Origin: Macrostomum lignano
Lineage: Eukaryota
DNA length: 64,000 nucleotides
Direction: 5' to 3'
Assembly (NCBI GenBank): GCA_002269645.1
Contig: NIVC01000119.1
Coordinates: 235,323 to 299,322 of the forward strand
In this document: positions 25,226 through 35,294 of the stretch, in pieces
Position numbering within the stretch: position 1 is the stretch's first letter
Layout: each line of letters opens with the position of its first letter
Notes under the pieces: generated by a model
Seen by the model: the letters and a program-made list of their open reading frames with translations, nothing else
Told to the model about the DNA's origin: nothing
The model's database searches: none
Translations under genes and position numbers: made by a program

Positions 25226-27118
25226 AGTGTACTTGGAAAACTTAGAAAGTACTTAGGCGGTACTTGCCACGAGGTTGCATTGTTGACTTACCAAGTACTT
25301 AGCAAGTTTGGTTTGTTTTTTTTTCTCGGGCATGGCAGTCAAAGTAAAATAGGAGAAAGAACTTCGCTGTGATTTGTCTGCAATATTTCTGGATTTATTC
25401 GTGTAACTGCAATGCCAGTGAAAATTCAAATGTTCAACTGCCCCAATTGGTAAAAAAGAACAGAATTATTTTTTCTTTGCCCCTACCTCAGCAGCACTAT
25501 GCTCTATTCTTAGTAAGCATCAAATGAATATTAATGTACATTGAGTTTATAGTGTCAAAGGACCCCAAGTTTTGAACAACTATGTCTAATAAAGACCACT
25601 CCACTATGATTACAACTAGGCCTATCCTCCTTGGAACTGAGGACCCAGAAGACAGAGTACATAGGAGAAAATTTGTTGAGATTTGTGATATGTGATTTTT
25701 TAGCTTAATTTGTGCAAACTTAATCATCTTAATGCAAATAGCATTTCAAATTCGGATTAGGCCCTATAGTCATTTTGCTGACAAGACATTTTAGTGACAG
25801 TTCTTTTGGTGACAAGCAAAAGTCATTTCAATGACAAAAAGAATTACAATTTTAGTTATAGCCATTCTGTTTTTAAATAGAAAATTACTTTTAAAAAATC
25901 TAGGGATATTTAGCCTAAAATTTTATTATTTTTCAAACAGATAAGTATTGCTATATTTAAATTTGTTTATTAACAATTATATAGTTGCAGTCTTTTGAAT
26001 TATGTTTTCCAATTTAAACCTACAACAGTGTTGAATAAATATCTCTGAGTTATTACTGCTTTTTTTGCAGGGTTCTACATTTCACAAGGATTCTCTATAG
26101 GTTTATGGTTTGTGTCTGAATACTCTAGGACAATTCAATGTCTGCACAAAAAGAAAAGAATCTAAGTAGTTTAATTTCTTTTTTAAATATTATATATTCT
26201 TTTGACAAAATTTTTTAAATATATTTCAAAACATTCCTGCCGTAGCCATAGCTATGGCTACAGGATCCTAGGGCAAATACGGAAAAATAGGTGCCTACGG
26301 CAGCTATGGATACGCCTACGGTTGCTAGCTGCTCTTACGGCTACGACTACGGAAATATGGTAGTTGCTGTCACATTCCGTAGATTCCCATAGCCATAAAT
26401 ATTGTGGCAGGCGAGTTGCCACGTATAAACTTGAACTTGACATTTGGAATATTTTTGCATGAGCGTGGTTCATGCGGTGTTTCCCAAATTTTTGGAGTGT
26501 TATCACTCCCGTTGCAGGATTTGATTATACCCATTTCATGTGTTTACTCATACGCAGCTAGATGTGTTTAACAATTTTGTTTATTTCACGTATTTAATGC
26601 CGCCCTGCATCATGTCCTTTTGCATGTTTTTCTCCCTCCAGTGCATGCCCACCTGGTGTCCCTGTTGCGTGACCAATATCTTTTCTGCATATATATATCA
26701 CAATGATTTTTATATGACTTCTTAACCTTGCTACCCCCCCCTTTTTCTTGTTAACTATATTACTTGCTAACTCTCTTTCTTGCTTACTTTATAACTTGCT
26801 ACTTGCATTTTCTGGTTGTCTCCATTGTTAGTTTTCTAGTTGTTTTAGTTTGTTTTGTTTAGTCGCCTCCTCCATCTTGAATCTGAGTAGTGTTGAGTCA
26901 TATTTATCTTTAATGTTGAGCCTGCTTAATAAACTTTAATAAACTTCATTAACTAATATTTATTCACTAATCCAAAGCCATAGTATTTCTTGAGTCATTT
27001 GCCCATGGGGCATAAAATAACCAAAGATCTTATCTCAAAGAAAGCTCTGAGACTCATTCGTTCCATAGTACGTAAATTACGGTGGTGGCAGCAACTACCC
27101 TACTAAAAGTGGGATAGC

Positions 27119-27410
27119 AACGTTTGCCTGCGGGATGTTTGCCAGCCGACGTTTGCCTGCGGGACGTTTGCCAGCCGACGTTTGCCAGCCGACGTTTGCC
27201 AGCCGACGTTTGCCTGCGTGACGTTTGCCTGCCGAAGTTTGCCTGCCGGACGTTTGCCTGCGGGACGTTTGCCAGCCGAAGTTTGCCAGCCGACATTTGC
27301 CAGCCGACATTTGCCAGCCGACGTTTGCCTGCGAGACGTTTGCCAGCCGAAGTTTGCCAGCCAACGTTTGCCTGCTGGAAGTTTGCCAGCAAAAATTTGC
27401 TAGCCAATTT
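27119..27410. repeat. 14/15-bp minisatellite (cgtttgccagccga / cgtttgcctgcggga)
   Basis: Seen directly; CpG-rich. Confidence 0.9.
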
Positions 27411-27569
27411 AAAGCCAGTTAGTGAAAAATTTGATACTGAAATATTCGCAGTTTAACGGTTTGACAAAAACCGTTTTTACTCAAACTTTTTGACGGTTAT
27501 TTGCATATATACAAGTTCGAAAGCAAAATCTATATAAACTATGCAGTTCATTAGTCTAACGTCTAATAT

Positions 27570-27745
27570 CTAGTTCCCAGTGAGCTCCGCGAAACCCACA
27601 AACCCAAGGACACGCGCGAAGCGCGTGTCCTTGGGTTTGTGGGGTGAGCGGAGCGAACGCGCGAGGCACAAAGTGCCGAGCATGAGGAACAAACAGCCAG
27701 CCAATGCGCGAAGCGCATTGGGTGGTCTGGCTTGTGACGAATATA
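27570..27745. other. Cluster of GCGAAGC/GAA-loop hairpins, probably a non-autonomous mobile element of unknown class
   Basis: Perfect 23-bp stem with GAA loop at 27595-27643; 9-bp stem with GAA loop at 27701-27721; ggcac-aaa-gtgcc at about 27665-27677. Confidence 0.6.
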
Positions 27746-30350
27746 CCCAGTGAAAAATGATTTATGGATTCCACGTGGGTTCCACGTGGCCATGTGGAAT
27801 TTAAATGTTTCTTTAATTTTTGCAAATTAATGACTTAAAGATGACATAATGGTATGCAAAGTATTTTTTATGCATTATTTTTTTATTTTTACTGTCCTAA
27901 TGTTGATGTGGATTTTACAAGGAATTCAAGAGAAATAAGCGTATATTGATTCAACATGGAATCCACTTCGATAAAAAACTGTGATACACCACATTCAGAC
28001 GTTTTTATGAAATTACTATAATAAATTATTATATTTATATGCTTTTAAGTAAAAATTAATATCTGAAAGCTAAATTATAATCGGACAATAAGACACTGTT
28101 TGTTAAAATAGACAAAATAGAAGTGAACAATAAAAAACGTTTCGTGCTTTTTAAAATGAAATTAATTTTATTTTATATTTGTCAATGTCTTGGTTCAAGG
28201 CCTTGAAACATAAATTGCCTTGTTTATGGCTATTTAAGCACCTTAAAAATTTTAGTAGACCTAGCCTATAGGCAATAACTTATAAGGCCATGGCCTCCAT
28301 GGGATTAGAAATTAGATAAATCAGTATTTTATCATAGATAGGCCTAATACTTTTGGTAAAATCCATGACCATGATAAATTTATTTAGGCCTATCCAATTT
28401 CTAGGAATCCCATGGCCATGTCCATAGAATGGCTACTCATTTTTTAACTTAAATAGGCCTTTAGAAGTTCATAATTTCCTCTTAGTCCTACCTATCTATT
28501 TATATGTATGCTTATTAGGCCTATTTTAAGCTAGGCCTATAACTATCAATTTAGCCTAAAATTTAGGTCCTTCTATTTTAATTAAGGTTAGGACTAGCTT
28601 GACTTTGTGAATTGTGACTAGTCAATCTAGTTAGTCTGTTAAAAATCTATTAATTTATGATTTTCTTCAAAAAAGCCTGTTAGCATCTTTTGGACTTGTT
28701 GCATTTTTAAAAAACAATTTTTCTCTAATCAATTGCATACAAACAAGCAAGATTTTCATTTTTAGTATATGGATATTATGGATATTATTAATTATAATAA
28801 ATAATTCTTTGCAATTACACTTGCAACTTGCTTTTGGCATAGCTAGCCTAGTAGACCCCTAAGGTTGCTATTATAAATAAGTATTAAATTATTGTAAATT
28901 TGATCTGATTTAGGCCAAGACCAGAATTTAATAGCCATAGGGCATAGCTATTTAGGCTTAGGCCGCTTAGGCCTAATGTTTAATCATACTAGGCCAGCAA
29001 ATATAAAAACATGCATTGCTTTGCTTAAATACTTTATAGTCTAAAATCAATTTTAAAATAAAAAATTAAATTTATAGAAACATTTATTAATTCTTTTTGT
29101 ACTTATTATTTTTTGGTAATTTTATTGATTGACTTAGGTAGAGTTTTCTTTTTTGCTAGAGACAAGGTGCAAAATCATACCTTATGCTTACTTTCAGGGT
29201 TTTATAATTTTAAGGCTTAGAATGCAGTTTCTCTTTTTTCTTATATAAAGGCAGTGCAAATAAGGCTTCAACAAAAAAATAGGTAATGAGATTGCACCTA
29301 AACTGTATCCACTTTTTAATTTCAATTTATAAGGTGGGATTTTAAAATTTAGGGTGCATATGCATACTTTGCGCATAAAAAATAAACCTAGGACTTAGGC
29401 CTAGTTAATTTTAAAATAAACTTTATTAAGTATTCATCCTTAAATTAGTTGTATGAATTATATCAATATAATCTATCAATCTTAATTGGCAACAATTATT
29501 TTTCTATTTCATTTCAGCCTAACATTACATGGCCCATCCTCAAACTTGGATGTCACCTTGGTCTTGCTTTTGAAGAAGCATGCAAAGCTACTTGGAATTT
29601 GAATTTAATATCTAGAATGCTACCTTTTGTGAAGCAATGGTAAGTTTTAGTTATAAACTGATTTTTTTCTGTCATCAAAATCTGTTATAAGATCAAAATC
29701 TATTACAATATTTGTCATCAATCTGTTATAAAATTCTGTAATTTAACCCCTTTCTTTTCTAAGGTTGCTCACCTGACCTGAAGAAGCAGCATTCTGGAAA
29801 TTGGCAGCAGCATGTTTCTGACTGTTCTAATTCTGGTTCATTATATTATTGTTAATTAATTAATGCTATTGACAATGTCAATTTCAAATTATATATTAAA
29901 TCATATGCATAGCGCAACTCAATATATCAATATCTACATCAGTGTGTTTATTCTTTGTGTGCCAGTGACTCACTACTGTACATAAATACACCTTACTTAT
30001 TGAGACATCCTTTTTGAATATATTTTTGTGCAGAAATATTTTTGGCTATAGCTAGTGTTTTTATCGGTGTTTCAGTTTCTTTTATATGGTATTGAGATCT
30101 GGGGTTCATATGAAATTTTGAGATCTGGTATTATTTTGAGATTTAGGATGCAACAATTTATTATGGCAACCAGTATAATGGCTGCTTGCTCAATGACAAT
30201 GTGGATTCTATGTGAAATACATAATTACTTCCATGTGGATCTTCCATGTGGAATCCATATCTTGATTCCACATGGATGGACGGAGACAAATGCACATATG
30301 GATTTCATATGAAAAATCCACATGGAATCCATATCATTTTTTTCACTGGG
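27746..30350. mobile_element. 2.6-kb non-autonomous EnSpm/CACTA-like DNA transposon
   Basis: Inverted ends cccagtgaaaaa..tgat..atggattcca(c/t)gtgg; 2-bp TA TSD; subterminal CCACGTGG-type repeats at both ends. Superfamily is inferred from the CCCAG terminus and 2-bp TSD. Confidence 0.7.
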
Positions 30351-31078
30351 TAATAATATGAGACGTGTGCATCGAAAAAATGACAAGAAAAATCTCACAA
30401 AAACTGCTGTAACTTCAAAACTACAAGTGCGAATTTCACAAGTGAGGTGTCATTTTAAAGAGAAGAATCTGATCTATTTAACGAGTATAGTTTTGTATGG
30501 ATTCACTGCGGAGAAAAGGAACAGGCTTCAGTTGAAATGTTTGTCTTAAGATTATGTCTTTACAAAAGTGCATTTCCTCATGCACATTAAAACTCGAGCT
30601 AAAAATGTTCGAGGGTTATAGGTGCGCCTTACTAAGATGCATAACATTATTGGGTTGTTTTTTTCAATTGTATCAAAAAGTTGGCACTTTGGTTGCAAAA
30701 AATGCAAAAATTGAAAATGTACTTTTACAGTTTTTTGCATTTTTTTCTATACTGCTAATAGTTAAGCATACATACTATGCACCAATTGATGCGCAATTCA
30801 AAGATACACAAGTGTGGAAGTTTTCAATTCTTAAACATTTGAAATCAGAAAGTTATCGACGAAAGACTAAAAATCATGATCTCAAACTGATTTGAGGAAA
30901 AGTGCTCATTATAATTTTTGGAATATGGAAGAAACAATTCAACGCCGTCATCTAATTCCAAACTAACTGTACTTTAAGGTACTGCGATGATTTTTTTATT
31001 GAAAGAGCGAAACCTGTTTAAATATTTGAAAAAATGGAAAAAAAAGTACCTTTTTTCATAGAAATACTCTCTTTTGAC

Positions 31079-32026
31079 TAGGGATTCCAAAATCCCGACA
31101 TTTTACAATCCCGGGATTGAATAGTCCCGAAATCCCGATGCTGTTGAAATCCCGGGATTCAAAATCCCGGAATCCCGGTGCTTTTGCAATCCCGGGATTA
31201 AAAATCCCGGGATTCGATTCCCAAAAAAATCCCGGGATTCAAATCCCGGATTTTTGGCCCCAATCCCGGGATCCCGGGATCCCGGGATTGGAATCCCTAA
31301 ATTGCTAGACGGACTGTGCGGCGTGCCGCGTGCAGTAGTCATGGTCTCGCGACTCTCAGAGTCTCAGGGCCTTTTCATATTACCAATTCCAGAACCAGAA
31401 TCGGTTCGGAATTCCAAGAAAAACAGCAGTATAACTATTAAACTCTGTTAATATTTGACTGCCTTAACAGCCTCACTTAGCACAATTTTTCACTTTCTTG
31501 TTGGCGACTGTCATTCAATAATAAAAACTTTATAGCACGTATCTCCCTCTAGTTATGGAGACAAAATTACAAAAAGTTTATACTTCACAAATTGGTTCTT
31601 GTTCTGGAACCAGAGCAAGCAATATGAAAAGGCCCTCAGTCTCGTCTCGTGGTAGAAAACGAAAAAAAGTTAAAATTATCTATAATTTACAGTTCACATT
31701 AACAATTTTTAGCTCAATTAGGACAGGAGCTTTGCAAATGTTTAACGTTTCATTGAGAAACAGCAAAAACAAATAAATGTTTTATTATTCAAATAAACGT
31801 TTAGACTTTAAATTATCTAATTTAGGCATTGAAAGGTCGTTCTAATCCCGGACCAATCCCGGGATTAAGGCCTTGAAATCCCGGGATCCCGATCCCGGTC
31901 TTTTGCAATCCCGGGATTAAAAATCCCGGGATTCGATTCCCAAAAAAATCCCGGGATTCAAATCCCGGATTTTTGGCCCCAATCCCGGGATCCCGGGATC
32001 CCGGGATCCCGGGATTGGAATCCCTA
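31079..32026. mobile_element. Composite hAT-type element (TIR tagggattcca) with an internal extra right end at 31299
   Basis: 8-bp TSD cttttgac at 31071-31078 and 32027-32034; (atcccgggat) subterminal palindromes; 31181-31299 duplicated at 31900-32026. Confidence 0.88.
31367..31635. mobile_element. 269-bp PIF/Harbinger-type MITE
   Basis: 15-bp TIR gggccttttcatatt and 3-bp TSD tca. Confidence 0.88.
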
Positions 32027-33935
32027 CTTTTGACTGCTTAATCCGATTTCCAACAACAAAATAGTTGCTTTCCTGCTGGTGCAAACCGTTATTAGGGTGA
32101 ATTTTCAAAATTGCATACTGTGCCAAAAGTAAACTGAAGCTTAATATTTATAAACATTAGAAACGGGACCACTAATGGGTATTTTACTTTGGTTACTTAC
32201 TATGGACTAAACTGGCACTGGCAGAGACAGATTTGAGAGAAACTAATTGCTCCATTGTATTTGTATTTGGCTCCAGCGTTACAAATTACAATAGCTATTT
32301 CGGGGTCTAACCGGCTAAGTTATCAAAAAAGCTAGATACCAATCACCAGTTTCATCATCAGCTATACCTACCACGATTTTATAGTCACATGCAACAGTAA
32401 TACCCTCCTTTAAAAGTTTTCAATATCTAAAATGATGTGTTAAATTTTATAAAATTTCATAAACAGTGAAATTTTAGCTGTTTACGTGCTGGTGGTTTGA
32501 ACGTAGCTACTTTGTGCGAAAATACACTGTCATTAATACCGTACCTATTATTGTATTTATTGTATTGAAAGTTGATGTGTAAATTGTACTTTTCTATTTT
32601 TTTGTCATTCGTTATCGCACTCGGGCCGGCCTGCCTGCCTTGTGGGGTGTGGTGGCCTTGGCCACTTTCTCCCCCTTCTGCTAGGATCCAAAGCAAGCTT
32701 TCAAGTGTACATTTAATATTATCGATCGATTATTTAAAACAAGCCTCTAGTGGCTGGTGTTGAGAGTGAGTGGCCTTGAGTGTACGCGAAAGCAAGAGGA
32801 AGCCCATGGGCGGACTATATGAACCTTCCTTTAGTGGAAAGTTGGGCCTTGTGCATTGGATAGTGTACGCTACACAAGACAGAAGGTAAAGAGAAAGAGA
32901 ACGACAGGCTAGCCAATAGCGATAGCATGTGCTTCTTTCTCTCCAGTCCACTATGGTAGGGGGGGGGGGGAGGGGGTGTCAGACGGCCCAACTCTAACCC
33001 CCATACCCAAAACAGCGTACATGTAGAATAAGAAGGGATTGGGTCCAGATAAGTCTTCCCAAATGTACATGTATGTACAAAGACAAACACAGACAAGAAA
33101 AATGGCTCTAAAAACCATTGTTATTGTTACACTGTGTGTCTATTTTTATTAACTTGACTTTGACTTGTCTTTACTCTAGCATGGTCAAGGATAATTACTG
33201 TTACTTCATACCTAATTTACAATTAATTGCATAAGATTAAGAAGGAATAATACAATCGAGGTCGAACCCATGATCACTTGACCCACCCACCCATGATCAC
33301 TTCTGATTCTGACCTACATGTATCTACTATATCCTGCCAGTTTCTCCAGTTTTATGGGTCTTGGTGTCGGTGATTCGAGCAATTCCATTACATTTTATCG
33401 GTGCAGTGCGTCTATTAATGCTTAGCTACTTGTATATGTGTTGCAGAACTTATGCTCGTAGTTTCCCTTCTAGGGATGTTGACCCCGGGAGTGCTCCCCG
33501 GGGAGCTTGTCGGGGAATACTCTCCGGGGAATTTAACCGGGGACCCTGGGGAGAAACTGATGAGCTTCGTCTGATGAGCTTCTTTGGTACCGCAGTATCC
33601 AAGCTGGGATTCTTTGGGACTGTCGTCTGCTCGACTGAATCGATTGGCCGCTTTCAGGCATCGTTTATAGCCGTCGAGACGTTGAAGACTGCATGGTCGC
33701 GTTTTCTTCCTAGGTAGCGCCGCACGGTTCGCTCAGTCGTCGACAGGAAGATTTTTTCAATTAATAAGCGCGGCTGTTTGACGAGATGCACTATAGCCAT
33801 AGTTATGGTCAAACTAAGCCACACAACTCAGTCGTCTATGGGTAAAACAACTCTTAAAACAGCCAATTGAAGCATGATAAAAAGTGTGGAATAATGACTG
33901 AGCGCTGAGTGAAAGTATAAATACAATGGATAAAT

Positions 33936-34032
33936 AATCAGCGGTCCCAGTGCGTGACAACGATTGTCTGGCGAGCGCCGGTAGGGGCGCGAGCCATAGA
34001 CAAATCGTTGTCACGCACTGCGACGGCTGATT
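33936..34032. other. 97-nt imperfect hairpin (pre-miRNA-like or micro-MITE)
   Basis: cagtgcgtgacaacgatt (33948-33965) pairs perfectly with 34003-34020; outer aatcagc/gctgatt pairing extends the stem. Confidence 0.6.
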
Positions 34033-34556
34033 CTTTGCATTGTTTTTCTGTTTGACGATCCTACAGACAATGCATTGTTTATAGTAATGGATTGTTCTGC
34101 ATTAAAAATGTGAATAATTATCGTCAAATTGCTAAACAATGCACTTGTATAGTATGCAACTTCGTTGAATTCTATCCGCAATGAGAGCTACGCGCACTCG
34201 AGTTTTGGCCATTATTCAACTCAGTTGCATACTATAAAATCTACCATTGTGGATAGAAATAAGCCATATCGATGCTCGTATGAGAAATGCTATACTGCTT
34301 TGCTGCCTGCATGGTTTATAGATGAACCTTTATCGCTATTAAAACATACGATGTCTTTGTCTCTAAAATTCTGAAATTCTATAAACTTCTTTGAGCTTCC
34401 AAAACAACGCCGGCATTTCCACGGATTTTCCGCAGAGATGGAGAAGAATAGAGAGCATAGAGAGAGTTTAGAGTATTTATAAACCGAAAAATTTTCTTTA
34501 AAAAAAGCTTGCCCAGAAAAAAAGAGAATAACGCGCAAACAATATCTAGCTACACA

Positions 34557-35288
34557 ATGGCTCCCAGCCTGAAAGTTCAAACGCGATTGAAAATGTACGC
34601 AGAAAATTTCCACGCCAAGCAAGAATGTCCAAACAGCCGCGCGAAAGATGGCTACGATCAGGTGTTCAACATCCTCAGCCTGCTGCAATTAGAGTCGGTA
34701 TTTCGCTTCCTATTCGGCGACAATCTAAGCATTCCTAGAGGAGACATTTTTGGCCCAGCCCTGGCAACTAGGATTCGTCCCATGATCGACGCCAGACGAC
34801 AGCAGCCATTGGACGAGCCGTGTGGTTCCAACTCTGCTTCCCGCACGATGCCCTGCGGATGCGGCTACAAGCGCAGTAGCGTAGAAATTCAGAACAATTT
34901 GCGACAAATTTTCTCGCGCTGCAACAGCATGATCAACCAGAAGAGTAGCATGAGCACTGACAACAAGTTCCGGGAGGGCGCTAAATTTCTGAAAAGCTAC
35001 GTAGACTTGATGCCAGAATGCGACATCGAACTGATTGTCGCTGAATTGCTCACTTCACTGTTGCTGATGCGTCTTGGTGCAATTGCAGTGCCGCTCTGCT
35101 ACGGGCTGACCAACGACAACAACGGCATCAGAGCGAGTGCCTTCCGGCTTGTCAGGACGCCGTCTGTGCGCTCCGTCGCCACCACTGCTCGGATAGGCGG
35201 CAGTTCCCCATCGACTATTAGGCAGCTGGCGTTGGACCTGCAAACTGCTGCCTCAAGAACGAGGGTCCAACTGTGGGAAAGGGTATAG
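34557..35288 (+). CDS. Orphan single-exon ORF, 243 aa, function unknown
   Basis: cacaATGG start, TATTTATAAA at 34474-34483, non-repetitive globular-looking sequence, CpG intact; no family recognised. Confidence 0.45.
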   Translation: MAPSLKVQTRLKMYAENFHAKQECPNSRAKDGYDQVFNILSLLQLESVFRFLFGDNLSIPRGDIFGPALATRIRPMIDARRQQPLDEPCGSNSASRTMPCGCGYKRSSVEIQNNLRQIFSRCNSMINQKSSMSTDNKFREGAKFLKSYVDLMPECDIELIVAELLTSLLLMRLGAIAVPLCYGLTNDNNGIRASAFRLVRTPSVRSVATTARIGGSSPSTIRQLALDLQTAASRTRVQLWERV

Positions 35289-35294
35289 AGACGC

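Noticed and set aside
22000-26230. Exon-like AT-rich segments on the minus strand between the arrays
   Set aside because: Too many stops to assign a product by eye; covered only as part of the hypermutated tract.
29770-29810. cctgaagaagc as a Penelope-type hammerhead core
   Set aside because: No matching GAAAC and stems; better explained as part of a fossil exon following an acceptor.
33550-33640. Twin CTGATGAG motifs suggesting a hammerhead ribozyme or C/D snoRNA
   Set aside because: No downstream stem II-GAAA core, no terminal stem, and D'/C' boxes would overlap.
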